Assembly (NCBI GenBank): GCA_963804995.1
Contig: CAWDSK010000002.1
Span: 256,001 to 320,000 of the forward strand
From: an uncultured Acidobacteriota bacterium
Lineage (GTDB): Bacteria > Acidobacteriota > Terriglobia > UBA7540
Length of the DNA: 64,000 bases
Direction: 5' to 3'
The notes beneath the pieces were generated by a model that saw only the letters and a list, made by a program, of their open reading frames with translations, was not told the origin of the DNA and made no database searches. Position numbers and translations under genes: made by a program. Below are positions 17,748 to 27,094 of this stretch, piece after piece. How positions within the stretch are numbered: the first letter of the stretch is position 1; each line of letters begins with the position of its first letter.

Positions 17748-18064
17748 TTGGAATCCGTGGTGGCTTCACTTGAGGAATCGCTTGACGAGGAAGATTTCCG
17801 GAATCCTTTCAGCAGGGCTTGGGCCTCGCCGGTGTAAATTGACCAGGCGATGTTCCCTCCAAAGACGGTGGCCAGCGTCAGGCTGATCAAGGTTAGCCAG
17901 AGTCCATCGATGGAAAAGAAGCGGCCGGTGGCGAGTTCCCAAACGACCAAACCTAACCCGCCAACCGCCAGGAGGAGACAGAAGACGATTAGGAAAACGT
18001 CCTCCAGCAGGGCAACTCCTTCTTCGCCCTGCTGGACTTCACCGGTAGATTGAGCCTGTGCCAT
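17744..18064 (-). CDS. Small two-TM membrane protein
   Basis: Two hydrophobic segments; stop overlaps the DUF420 start (ATGA); GAGG RBS. Confidence 0.65.
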   Translation of the reverse strand: MAQAQSTGEVQQGEEGVALLEDVFLIVFCLLLAVGGLGLVVWELATGRFFSIDGLWLTLISLTLATVFGGNIAWSIYTGEAQALLKGFRKSSSSSDSSSEATTDSK

Positions 18065-18208
18065 TACTGTCACCTCGAAGGTCTCTTAGAGTTTGGGATA
18101 CAGGAGGCCCCATGCAATTCGTCCAAAAATGGGCTTTTTGACCCATCCCCCAAGTATCGGGTTGTGTTAATCCATCCGCTAAGTTGCCCGGAATCAATCA
18201 ATTTCCTA

Positions 18209-18224
18209 TGGCAACTCAATTGCA
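18209..18224 (+). promoter_or_regulatory. Sigma-54 (-24/-12) promoter candidate
   Basis: TGGCAAC-TCAA-TTGCA with exact GG-N10-GC spacing, upstream of the 18296 gene. Confidence 0.6.
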
Positions 18225-18295
18225 CTAACATAAATGCTACCCGGTCACCGGTCCCCTGAACATGATTGCCAGAGGGCTGGAAGGAGGCAGAAACC

Positions 18296-18682
18296 ATGGC
18301 AACCGACCTAAAAGAGATTATAGAACAACTCAAGCTGCAAAGAGACATTCTGAAAGACGGCGGGTATGGCCGCTCCGTGCGCACACCCTGGAAAGCGGAG
18401 ATTCTCTTTCGCGACTCCGTCACCTGCCTGAACGTTGGTGAGCAGGTCAAGAAACACCCGTGCAACGAATGCCTCCTGTGGGAATGGGTGCCCGAGGAGC
18501 ATAAGGACCAGGACATCCCCTGCCACTTCATCCCGCTGAATGAGCAAGGTAAGAGCATTGCGGAGTTGGAAGAAGCTGGAAAGCACGAGGAAGCCGAGCA
18601 AGCGTTGCGGGTTTGGTTGGATTCCACGATTGAGAAGTTGGAAGAGAAACTTGCGAAGGAGGAGCCAGGAGTCAGAAGCTAG
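18296..18682 (+). CDS. Small four-cysteine hypothetical protein
   Basis: AAGGAGG RBS; GGYGRSVRTPW...TCLN...HPCNEC...IPCHFIPLN. Confidence 0.8.
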   Translation: MATDLKEIIEQLKLQRDILKDGGYGRSVRTPWKAEILFRDSVTCLNVGEQVKKHPCNECLLWEWVPEEHKDQDIPCHFIPLNEQGKSIAELEEAGKHEEAEQALRVWLDSTIEKLEEKLAKEEPGVRS

Positions 18683-18863
18683 AAACTAGAAGTTAGAAGC
18701 TAGGAGTTAGGAGTCAGAATAAGGACTACCAATCTCATGACTTCTCGGTTCTGACTTCTAACTCCTCGCTTCTAACCCCTTCCTTCAAGCCAGGAGCTAG
18801 AAGAGGGGTCGCTTTTCTTCTGACTCCCAACTCCTAGCTCCTAACTCCTAACTCCTAACTCCT
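18660..18863. repeat. Inverted 7-bp tandem arrays (AGRAGYY)n / (TCCTAAC)n
   Basis: Eight units at 18660-18719; complementary arrays at 18749-18780 and 18818-18863; lies between convergent genes. Confidence 0.92.
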
Positions 18864-18865
18864 TC

Positions 18866-19798
18866 TTATCTCCCCCGCGTCTGATCGAACATCAAAAGCG
18901 CAAAAACCAAGGGCAAGTAAACAATCGACGCCATCAGCAATTGCTTGGCGAGCACGTTGGTCCGCGTGGCCGCCAGGCGCGCGCCGGAATACAAGAATCC
19001 CGCCCCAAGAATTCCTGACCCCACTAAGTAAATTGCTCCGGCGTGCCCGGTCAGAGCCGGAATCAAGCTCACCGGCAGGAGCGCGAGTGTACAGCCCAGG
19101 ATTTGCCGGACGGTCTGGCGGCCGTCGCCATCGTTTCGCGGAAGCATTTGCAAACCCGCGCGCGCGTAATCCTCACGATACATCCAGGCAATCGCCAGAA
19201 GATGCGGGAACTGCCACAAGAAAAGGATCGCGTAAAGCACCCACGCTTCAGCGCTCAGACCGTTGCGGACCGCCGCCCAGCCGATTAGCGGCGGCATGGC
19301 TCCGGGGAATGCGCCGACCAGAGTGCAAAGGGGCGTCTGCCGCTTGAGCGGGGTGTAGAGAGCAAGATACGTGGCAAGGGTCGCGAGCGCCAGCACGCTG
19401 GTGAGCGGATTCGCGACGATCCAGAGTTCCGCGCCGCCCGCGACCGCAAGCAGGATTCCGAACCAGAGAGCTTCCGCAGGCGCCAAACGCCCCGCCGGCA
19501 AGGGTCGGTTCGCTGTGCGGCGCATGAAGGCGTCGGTGCGGCGCTCGAGGTATTGATTGAGCGTGCCGGTGCCGCTGGCTACGAGCAACGTCCCCATCAA
19601 CGTGTGGAAGAGCAGCCAGCCGTTCATGGCCCCAGTGGTGGCGAGCGAAAACCCCACCAGGGCGCTTACCAGAACCAGGAAGTTGACTTCGGGCTTGGTC
19701 AGCGTCCAGTAGTCCGCCAAGTGTACAAGCCAAGCCGGGTGTGCGGGCTGAGCCAGGATTACGCCCGCGATTTGCGAGTTTTGCTTGCCACGCGTCAT
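18866..19798 (-). CDS. ctaB: Protoheme IX farnesyltransferase (heme O synthase)
   Basis: LTKPEV, NQYLERRTDAFMRRTANRPLPAG, YTPLKR, GAFPGAMPPLIGW, FLWQFPH, YREDYARAG. Confidence 0.96.
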   Translation of the reverse strand: MTRGKQNSQIAGVILAQPAHPAWLVHLADYWTLTKPEVNFLVLVSALVGFSLATTGAMNGWLLFHTLMGTLLVASGTGTLNQYLERRTDAFMRRTANRPLPAGRLAPAEALWFGILLAVAGGAELWIVANPLTSVLALATLATYLALYTPLKRQTPLCTLVGAFPGAMPPLIGWAAVRNGLSAEAWVLYAILFLWQFPHLLAIAWMYREDYARAGLQMLPRNDGDGRQTVRQILGCTLALLPVSLIPALTGHAGAIYLVGSGILGAGFLYSGARLAATRTNVLAKQLLMASIVYLPLVFALLMFDQTRGR

Positions 19799-20715
19799 GT
19801 AGTCGCCTGATGAGGATCCGAAGCGATCTTCATTTCTTCCTTGGGAGTCGTAAGATAGCGATGCGTCTGATAGGTGAGGTATAGACTCGTCACCATGACC
19901 AGCGCCCCCACCGCCACGTGCGTTGTGGTGATGTCCACCACGGGCGGCTGCGGCTGCGGAGCACCCAGCGCCGCCATCTTCATAATGTAGGAACCAATGC
20001 CCAGAAAGACCTGCACCACCAGTAGTCCGCCCAGGAGCAGCGCGGGCCGCAGCAGCGCAGGCTCTATCGCGAAGTGGGTCACGATCCGCACAATAACCCA
20101 GCCCACCAGCAAGGTGACCACGCAGGCGCCCACCACGTGCGGGGCGATCCTCCCGAATTCAGAATGACGAAAAACAGCCCCGAGGATCAATTGCATCAGG
20201 ATGACCCCCGTCGTGGCGATCGTGAGATGCTGCAACGACGGAGAGGACGCGTCCTCAAGCTTCGCCCCATCCCAGCGCCAGTCGGCGCGAGTGAAGAAAG
20301 CCAGGCTTGCCGTGAGGCAGAAGAAGATCTGTCCCAGGGTCGCGTGGGCGGTGGAAATCGCCACGGGCAGATAGAACAGCACCGTGATGCCACCCAGAAG
20401 GGCTTGGGCAAAAACTGCCATCACTGCCCCGAAGCCCACCCAACGTAGCCAGCGACGCGAATCCTTCATCCAGAGCCCAATCACCAGCAGAATAGTAAGA
20501 ATGCCAACCGTTCCAGCAATCATGCGATGGCCGTGCTCAAACTTTATTCCTCCCACCATACGCGGCATGCGGAAGGTGCCGAACGAGGTGGGCCAGTCGG
20601 GTACGGAAAGGCCGGCATCGTTGCCGGTCACCAGAGCGCCCGCAATTATCAGAAGGAACGTGCAGCAGGCGACGAACGTCGCGTAACGATGAAGCCAAGG
20701 ATGGTTTTCCCCCAT
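19795..20715 (-). CDS. ctaA: Heme A synthase, COX15/CtaA family
   Basis: GALVTGNDAGLSVPDWP, FEHGHRMIA, QALLGGITV, conserved His residues. Alternative coupled start at GTG 20766. Confidence 0.9.
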   Translation of the reverse strand: MGENHPWLHRYATFVACCTFLLIIAGALVTGNDAGLSVPDWPTSFGTFRMPRMVGGIKFEHGHRMIAGTVGILTILLVIGLWMKDSRRWLRWVGFGAVMAVFAQALLGGITVLFYLPVAISTAHATLGQIFFCLTASLAFFTRADWRWDGAKLEDASSPSLQHLTIATTGVILMQLILGAVFRHSEFGRIAPHVVGACVVTLLVGWVIVRIVTHFAIEPALLRPALLLGGLLVVQVFLGIGSYIMKMAALGAPQPQPPVVDITTTHVAVGALVMVTSLYLTYQTHRYLTTPKEEMKIASDPHQATT

Positions 20716-20762
20716 TGGATTTACCTTGCCCCTTGAGATTTGGATGACCTCCAACTCCTGAT

Positions 20763-21149
20763 TCACGGCTTCGCGACGGGCTCAATTTCCCCGAGCATTT
20801 CGCGCAACTCGCGATCATGCTCAGGCTGCCAGTCGGCCGGGTAACGGAACCTGTTCCGGTATTTATAGATTACCACGGCTATGATTGCGAAAATCACCAT
20901 GGGCGGCACCAGCAAAATCAAGGTGCCGTTGGCAAGGGCTTCCTTCGCGCCCGTCTTTGCCGCGGAAGCACTGTTATAACACATGGCGCAACCCTGGGCG
21001 TGAAGGGCTGCAGGCAGTAGGCAGAAAGCAGAAGGCAGTAGGCAGTAGGCAGTAAGCAGCAATTTCGAGATTCGGGATTTGAAACCTGCAAGGCTGCGGC
21101 CAATTTCCGATTGACGATTGTCGATTGTCGATTGCCGTGCCACATCCAT
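20763..21149 (-). CDS. Small exported/membrane protein with QGCAMC (CxxC) motif
   Basis: Signal-like segment, then AQGCAMCYNSA..., one TM helix; coupled to ctaA. N-terminus is encoded by 7-mer repeats. Confidence 0.7.
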   Translation of the reverse strand: MDVARQSTIDNRQSEIGRSLAGFKSRISKLLLTAYCLLPSAFCLLPAALHAQGCAMCYNSASAAKTGAKEALANGTLILLVPPMVIFAIIAVVIYKYRNRFRYPADWQPEHDRELREMLGEIEPVAKP

Positions 21150-21272
21150 ATGCCTTCTCACCTAATTCCCGCTTACCCTGCCCACTGCTTCCTGCCTATA
21201 CCCTGTTGCCTTCTGCCTACTTCCCACCGATTTCCGCCTTCCGCCTACCGCTTTCTGCTTTCTGTCTGCTGC
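21011..21272. repeat. Composite 7-bp arrays (TAGGCAG)n, (CGATTGT)n and inverted (CTGCCTW)n
   Basis: Seven units at 21011-21059, four units at 21108-21137, degenerate complementary array at ~21170-21272. Confidence 0.88.
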
Positions 21273-21273
21273 T

Positions 21274-21588
21274 CTAATGCGGCCTCATATGCAGCAGACG
21301 TAGGCTGTCAGGGAGGAAGATGTTCATCAGTACGATGACAATTACCAGCGCTGGCATCAGGGCGAGCGCCATACTTGCCCGCTCGTATCGGAGGTGCATA
21401 AAGTAAGCGATGATTAACCCCGCCTTGATGACCGAAAGGCCCATCAGCAGGATGAGCATGAGCTTCAATTCCAGTTGCTTGTACCCCAGAAAGACCTCAA
21501 CGGCGGTCAGTGCCAGGAGCCAGAACCAGACAATCATGAAAACCCGTGTCGTGCCCTCGGCGTGGGTGTGTTCCGTTAACGAGCTCAT
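21274..21588 (-). CDS. ctaF: Cytochrome c oxidase subunit IV (CtaF-like)
   Basis: WFWLLALTAVEV, KAGLIIAYFMHLRYE; GGAGG RBS before ATG 21588. Confidence 0.88.
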   Translation of the reverse strand: MSSLTEHTHAEGTTRVFMIVWFWLLALTAVEVFLGYKQLELKLMLILLMGLSVIKAGLIIAYFMHLRYERASMALALMPALVIVIVLMNIFLPDSLRLLHMRPH

Positions 21589-21603
21589 GAAACCTCCAGA
21601 AGA

Positions 21604-21749
21604 CGAATATCGAAACTCGAAATTCGAAACTCGCAAATCCCCCGCTATGTCATCCCCGCGAAATCTCGAATCCATGACCTCATGAACACCCCCCTTCGGG
21701 GGGGCGCCGTCGCGGGGAGTGATTCCCGAGTTTCCATTTTCGAATTCCG
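21604..21749. repeat. Inverted 7-bp arrays (CGAAACT)n / (CGAGTTT)n with internal hairpins
   Basis: CGAATAT CGAAACT CGAAATT CGAAACT; CGAGTTT CCATTTT CGAATTC. Loop holds GTCATCCCCGCGAAA and CCCCCCTTCGGGGGG. Confidence 0.75.
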
Positions 21750-21774
21750 TCCTTTTCCGACAATGGACACTCTA

Positions 21775-22422
21775 TCATCCTTGCTTGATCGAAAGAATGT
21801 AGACCAGCGGGAAGATGAACATCCACACCAGGTCGACGAAGTGCCAGTAGAGTCCCGCAACCTCCACATCTTCCGACCCCAGTTTGCCTTTGCCGAACCA
21901 GCCCGCTACCACGGCCAGGTATACGACGCCGCAGAAGACGTGCGTCATGTGCAGCCCGGTGAGCGTGAAGAAGGCCGCGCCGAACAACGGCGAGCCCCAG
22001 GGATTGTGGAACAGCCGCACGCCTTCCCCCAACAATCCCGCCCACTCCGTCGCGTGGATGATAATGAACAGTAAGCCGCCCGCCATAGTGGCCAGGATCC
22101 ACTTCACTGCCGAGGCGCGTTGTTCAAGCTTTGCGGCCCGCACCGCCATTACCATGGTCACGGAGCTCGAAAGCAGAATAAAGGTCATCACCGTGGCCTT
22201 TATCAGGGCGGGATAGAAATCAAATGGCGTCGGCCAGTTGTCGCTAGCCACGCGCACGTAACAATAGGCCATCAGCAGCGCGCCAAAAGTAATGGCGTCC
22301 GACATGATAAAGAGCCACATGCCGAGCTTTTTCGAACCCGTGGCGAACGGCGCAACGCCGCCCCCCCACGCCGATTCCTGGAGACCCTGGAGATTTGCGC
22401 CAATCGCTTCGTGGCTCGCCAT
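21775..22422 (-). CDS. ctaE: Cytochrome c oxidase subunit III (copy b)
   Basis: KLGMWLFIMSD, T.ILLSSS.TM, FFTLTGLHMTHV, GLYWHFVDLVWMFIFPLVY. Confidence 0.93.
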   Translation of the reverse strand: MASHEAIGANLQGLQESAWGGGVAPFATGSKKLGMWLFIMSDAITFGALLMAYCYVRVASDNWPTPFDFYPALIKATVMTFILLSSSVTMVMAVRAAKLEQRASAVKWILATMAGGLLFIIIHATEWAGLLGEGVRLFHNPWGSPLFGAAFFTLTGLHMTHVFCGVVYLAVVAGWFGKGKLGSEDVEVAGLYWHFVDLVWMFIFPLVYILSIKQG

Positions 22423-22423
22423 G

Positions 22424-23092
22424 CTATGCCCACCTCGTCAGTAGGAAGAAGATGTAAATCCAAAGCGCATCCATAAAGTGCCAGTAGATGGCGGTAACAT
22501 CGAGCGCCGTGCGGCGCTCCCACCCGCGCGCCATGCGGACGCCGTGAGACACCACGTAACCGAGCGCCAGGACACCGCCCGCAAGGTGCACGGCGTGCGT
22601 GATGGTCAGAACGTAAAAGAACGCGCTGCTGGGGTTAGTCGAAAGATAAACGCCGCGCGCCGCAAGCCCACGCCAGGCCACGAGCTGCCCGGCAAGGAAC
22701 CCCAGACCCAGCACCACTGTCGCTGCCAGCCAGCGGATAAAATTCACTGCCGCGCGGTCGGTCAACGCGCGCCTGGCAAACTCCAGCGTCAGGCTGCTCG
22801 CAATCAGTATGCCGGTATTTGCCCAGAGGACACGTGGCAGGGCGATTGAAACCCAGTCGAACGACATCCCACGGCGCACCACCATGGCGCTGGTGAAAGC
22901 CGCGAAAAGCATTACGATTCCAATGAGCGCGAACCACATCCCCAGTTGGTAAGTACGGCTTGGAACACGATACTCCGGGAGGCCAGAGTCGCCGCCACCC
23001 CCGCCGAAACCATTGCCGCCCGGACCGCGGCCGTGATCGTCCAGCTTCCCGTCTGCTTCAGGCCTTGTCGGTGTGAGGATGGTTGATGCCAT
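22424..23092 (-). CDS. ctaE: Cytochrome c oxidase subunit III (copy a)
   Basis: NTGILIASSLTL, FFYVLTITHAVHL, YWHFMDALWIY. Confidence 0.9.
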   Translation of the reverse strand: MASTILTPTRPEADGKLDDHGRGPGGNGFGGGGGDSGLPEYRVPSRTYQLGMWFALIGIVMLFAAFTSAMVVRRGMSFDWVSIALPRVLWANTGILIASSLTLEFARRALTDRAAVNFIRWLAATVVLGLGFLAGQLVAWRGLAARGVYLSTNPSSAFFYVLTITHAVHLAGGVLALGYVVSHGVRMARGWERRTALDVTAIYWHFMDALWIYIFFLLTRWA

Positions 23093-23165
23093 GATCCTTC
23101 TTTCGAAACTCGAAATTTGCCAAGCTTGATTAAGTTAGCCCCGAATTTCGATCGTCTGATTCCTG

Positions 23166-24941
23166 CTAATATTCCTTCACCACTTCCGTAGAATTCTGCA
23201 TGACGTAATCCTTCTCCGCGCCCGGGACGGCGAACTCATAGGGACCGTGATGAACCACGGGATGCACGCCGGCAAAATTGTCGAAAGGCGGTGGCGAAGG
23301 AATCGTCCACTCAAGCGTGGTGGCTTCCCAGGGATTCCCCGTTGCTTTCTTGCCCCAAAACATGCTCCAGATGAGATTTACGAAAAATATGATCTGGGCC
23401 GCGCCGGTGATGAACGCCGCGATCGAAATGAACTTGTGCAACCTCATCAGCGGCAACAGGAAGTTGTCAATAAATTCCGAGTAGCGCCGGGGATTGCCTT
23501 CCAGACCCAGATAATGCATGGGCATGAAGATGGCGTACACGCCGACGAAGGTGATCCCAAAATGGATTTTGCCCAGTGTCTCGTTCATCATGCGGCCGAA
23601 CATCTTGGGGAACCAGAAAGCGGTTCCCGCGAACATACCGAAGATGGCCGCTACACCCATGATCAGATGGAAATGGGCGAGGACAAAGTAAGTGTCGTGG
23701 AAATAGATGTCGATGGGGGGTTGGCCCAGGAAGATTCCGGAAAGGCCGCCGCTCACGAAGATCGAAACGAAACCGAGGGCGTAGAGCATCGGCGTTTGGA
23801 AGCGGATCCGGCCACCCAGAAGCGTCCCGAGCCAATTGAAGGTCTTGATGGCGGACGGCACGCCGATGGCCATGGTGAGGATTGAGAACGCGAAGCCCGA
23901 GTACGGGCTCATGCCACTTACGAACATGTGGTGGCCCCAAACCCCGAATCCTAAAACCGCGATGGCCGCCATGGCGTATACCATGGCGCGGTAACCGAAG
24001 ATGGGCTTGCGCGCAAAGGTGGAGAGAATGTGCGAAGTCACGCCCATGCCCGGCAGGATCGCGATGTAAACCTCCGGATGGCCGAAGAACCAGAAGAGAT
24101 GCTGCCAAAGCAGTGGCGAGCCGCCGGTGTGATTCGACAAAATCTTGTCGCTGACAATCAACCCGCCGGGGATGAAGAAGCTTGTGCCACCCATGCGATC
24201 CAGCAGTAGGAGGACGCCCGCCGCCAACAGAACTGCAAATGACAGGAGACCGAGGATGGCCGTCAGGAACCATGCCCAGCAGGTCAGGGGCAGCCTCATC
24301 AAGGAAAGCCCGCGCGCACGCAAATCCAGAGTGGTGGCAATAAAGTTGATGGCACCCAGCATCGATGCGACGCAGAAGATGGCGATGGAGAATACCCAAA
24401 GCGTCTCACCTACTGCCATGCCCGGTCCGGCGGCCCCTCCCACGGCGGACAGTGGCGGGTAAGACGTCCAGCCGCCAATGGGCGGACCGTCATGGATAAA
24501 GAACGTGGCAATCAGGACCACGAGACCGAGGAGTGTCACCCAGAAGGAAAGCATGTTGAGGCGCGGGAAGGCCATGTCTTCCGCGCCGATTTGGATTGGC
24601 AGGAAATAATTGCCGAAGCCGCTCTGGGGCGCGGTGGTGAGCACGAAGAAAACCATCAGCGTACCGTGCAGAGTCAGGAGCGAAAGGTAGTACTCGGGGC
24701 TAATCACCCCGTTGGGCGCTCCGAGGGGTGAGAGTTTGTCGAGGAGCGGCACGCTCGCCTGCGGCCACACCAAATGGAGGCGCATCAGGATGGAGAGCGT
24801 GAGGCCGATAAACACACTGAATAACGCGAGGAACCAATACTGGATGCCAATCACCTTGTGGTCGAGGCTGAAAATGTATTTCCAGATGAAACCCTTCGGA
24901 GCCTCGTGCCGGTGAATTGCTTCCGCGTGTGCTTCTGCCAT
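23166..24941 (-). CDS. ctaD: Cytochrome c oxidase subunit I (A1-type heme-copper oxidase)
   Basis: DHKVIG, HGTLMVFF, DMAFPRLN, GWTSYPPL, FWFFGHPEVY, VWGHHM, HDTYFVLAHFH. Confidence 0.97.
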   Translation of the reverse strand: MAEAHAEAIHRHEAPKGFIWKYIFSLDHKVIGIQYWFLALFSVFIGLTLSILMRLHLVWPQASVPLLDKLSPLGAPNGVISPEYYLSLLTLHGTLMVFFVLTTAPQSGFGNYFLPIQIGAEDMAFPRLNMLSFWVTLLGLVVLIATFFIHDGPPIGGWTSYPPLSAVGGAAGPGMAVGETLWVFSIAIFCVASMLGAINFIATTLDLRARGLSLMRLPLTCWAWFLTAILGLLSFAVLLAAGVLLLLDRMGGTSFFIPGGLIVSDKILSNHTGGSPLLWQHLFWFFGHPEVYIAILPGMGVTSHILSTFARKPIFGYRAMVYAMAAIAVLGFGVWGHHMFVSGMSPYSGFAFSILTMAIGVPSAIKTFNWLGTLLGGRIRFQTPMLYALGFVSIFVSGGLSGIFLGQPPIDIYFHDTYFVLAHFHLIMGVAAIFGMFAGTAFWFPKMFGRMMNETLGKIHFGITFVGVYAIFMPMHYLGLEGNPRRYSEFIDNFLLPLMRLHKFISIAAFITGAAQIIFFVNLIWSMFWGKKATGNPWEATTLEWTIPSPPPFDNFAGVHPVVHHGPYEFAVPGAEKDYVMQNSTEVVKEY

Positions 24942-24959
24942 CAACAACCTCCGCTTTGA

Positions 24960-25080
24960 AGAAGGGAGAAGTTAGAAGCTGGAATGAAGAGCTTTGCCCC
25001 TCCGCCTTTCTTGTTGACGGCGGATTTCAGGCCTCTTCGGCCATTCCTTCTAACTTCTCACTTCTTATTCCTGACTCCTG
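24960..25080. repeat. Inverted 7-bp arrays (AGAAGTT)n / (TTCTAAC)n
   Basis: AGAAGGG AGAAGTT AGAAGCT GGAATG...CATTCC TTCTAAC TTCTCAC TTCTTAT TCCTGAC TCCT. Confidence 0.75.
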
Positions 25081-25083
25081 CTC

Positions 25084-25884
25084 TTATTGTGCCGCGGTCA
25101 TGTTTTGCAGCCATTTCTGGAAGTCTTCCTCAGTCATCACATCCACAAAGGCCCGCATCTTGTAGTGGCCCAGGCCGCAGAGTTCAGCGCAGGCAAGTTC
25201 GTATCGGCCGGTTTTCGTGGCCGTAAAGTGAATGGGAATCTCCATTCCGGGAACCAAGTCTTGCTTCATGCGCAGTTCGCGAACGAAAAAAGAGTGCGTA
25301 ACGTCTTTGGAGCGGAGAATCAACTGGATTTCGCGATTGACCGGAAACGCGAGGGTGGCGGTGACGATGTCGTCCTTGGACGCCGCGTCGTGTTCACGGT
25401 CGAGTCCCAGAAAATTGCCCATGGCATCGTCAACTTTTTCCACGCGCACGGGACCGAACTGGCCGTCGGGTCCGGGATAACGGAAGTACCACGCGAACTG
25501 CTGGCCCCACACTTCAATCTGCATGGCACCCGGCTGCGCTCCCACAAAGTGGATGTTGGCCCAGGTGCGGTAACCCATCAGATTGAGGCCGATGAAAAGG
25601 ATGGCCGCGCCGATGGTCCAGGTAGCTTCCATCAGGTTGTTGCCGTGGGAGTACCTTGCTTTGCGGCCGTTGCCTTGGTCACGATACTTCCAGATCGCGT
25701 AGGCCAGCGAAACCTGCGCAGCCACGAAAATGATTCCTGTGATGATCAGGGTCAGCATGAACTGATGATCGATGGCAGGGCCGTGCTGGGCGATGTCAAT
25801 CGGGAACCACCAAGTATGTGCCCAGAAAAAGTAGCCGGAAAGCAAGGTGATGATGACCACCGCGAGCGCGATTGCCAACGCCAT
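25084..25884 (-). CDS. ctaC: Cytochrome c oxidase subunit II
   Basis: QFAWYFRYP, DVTHSF, CuA motif CAELCGLGHYKM; no fused cytochrome c domain. Confidence 0.95.
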   Translation of the reverse strand: MALAIALAVVIITLLSGYFFWAHTWWFPIDIAQHGPAIDHQFMLTLIITGIIFVAAQVSLAYAIWKYRDQGNGRKARYSHGNNLMEATWTIGAAILFIGLNLMGYRTWANIHFVGAQPGAMQIEVWGQQFAWYFRYPGPDGQFGPVRVEKVDDAMGNFLGLDREHDAASKDDIVTATLAFPVNREIQLILRSKDVTHSFFVRELRMKQDLVPGMEIPIHFTATKTGRYELACAELCGLGHYKMRAFVDVMTEEDFQKWLQNMTAAQ

Positions 25885-26200
25885 AAGTCAATGCTCCTGG
25901 ATAAGTTTCCCTGTTCGCAGATGGACAACCCTGTACAGGGGCGCACAACCATGCACACCGCCGCAGTTACCGTACACACACCGGAACTGCTACAACTTAC
26001 AAATCAGATTGTGGGAAAAAGCCCCAACTTAGCGCAAAGGGACACCAGACCTAATGTCGCGGAAAATGTGTCCGAGCGCAAGAGACATTATGTCCCTGTC
26101 CCATTTCTGCTGAACAACTTCAAGCTGACGGCACGCCCCACGCGAGCCGTAGCGAGCGTAGTCCCACCAAAAAGAAACCGCAATGTGTTTTGCCAGGCCA

Positions 26201-26233
26201 CCCCTCATCCGTCCCACTTAGGCGGATGAGGGG
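26201..26233. terminator. GC-rich hairpin downstream of the lipoprotein gene
   Basis: CCCCTCATCCG-N11-CGGATGAGGGG; no clear adjacent U tract. Confidence 0.4.
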
Positions 26234-26272
26234 GCCTCGTCCCATACACGACTATCTATTCCGAAATAGTTT

Positions 26273-27058
26273 TCAGGACGCCTTGAACTTGAAATCGGCC
26301 GTCTTGCTTTCCTTCGCGCCGACCGTCACTTTCTGTTCCTGCGTTCCGAAGGTTGCCGTCCAAGCTTCGATCGTGTAATCGCCGGGCGGCAGCCCCTGGA
26401 TGGTGAACGTTCCGTCAGGGCCCGATACGGCGTAGAACGGGTTCGACGTGACCCCGACCCAGGCGCGCATCCAGGGGTGCTGGTTGCATTTGACCGGGAC
26501 CATAATCTCCGGCCGCGCGAACTTCTGCTCGATGGGCGCAGCGCCGGGCGCCTGCGACATATTCCACTCGCGATTATCCTTGGGCATGGGGTGGATGTTG
26601 TGCGCGGTGGCGTCGCTGGAAACGATTTTCAGCGTCTGTCCCGCCATGATGCCCAGGACGTGCGGTTTGTACATGCAGCCATCTTGGTCGAGGGTCACCG
26701 CATCCGCCGGGGGCGCAAAGGTGTACTTTTCAGCACCGGACTTCACGTAGACAAACACGTTGGAAAGTGTGCCGTTCTCATTTACTTCGCCATCCTCGGC
26801 GAAAACAACTTTGCCACCATGCTTCTGCACGCACACGGGGTCCTGATCCATCATGATCCGTGCCGGCTTGGGCTTTGCACCTTCAAAAGTGATCTTGCCG
26901 GTTACCGAGCCCACCGTAGCCTGATCAATCGGCGTGGGGGCGGGCGCCGTCGTGGTTTGGGCGGGCTGCTCAGGTGCCTGTTCCTCTTTCTTCCCGCAGC
27001 CGACGAGCCCCAAGACTACCAAGGCTGTAAAGAGCAAAATCCATTTTCGGTTATTCAT
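26273..27058 (-). CDS. Lipoprotein with cupredoxin-like and carboxypeptidase-regulatory-like domains
   Basis: Lipobox LVGC, LDQDGCMYKPHV, AHNIH, VKCNQHPWM, GTFTIQGLPPGDYTIEAW. Confidence 0.82.
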   Translation of the reverse strand: MNNRKWILLFTALVVLGLVGCGKKEEQAPEQPAQTTTAPAPTPIDQATVGSVTGKITFEGAKPKPARIMMDQDPVCVQKHGGKVVFAEDGEVNENGTLSNVFVYVKSGAEKYTFAPPADAVTLDQDGCMYKPHVLGIMAGQTLKIVSSDATAHNIHPMPKDNREWNMSQAPGAAPIEQKFARPEIMVPVKCNQHPWMRAWVGVTSNPFYAVSGPDGTFTIQGLPPGDYTIEAWTATFGTQEQKVTVGAKESKTADFKFKAS

Positions 27059-27094
27059 GGGATAAACCTTTCCTCGAAATTTGATTCGCGTACC

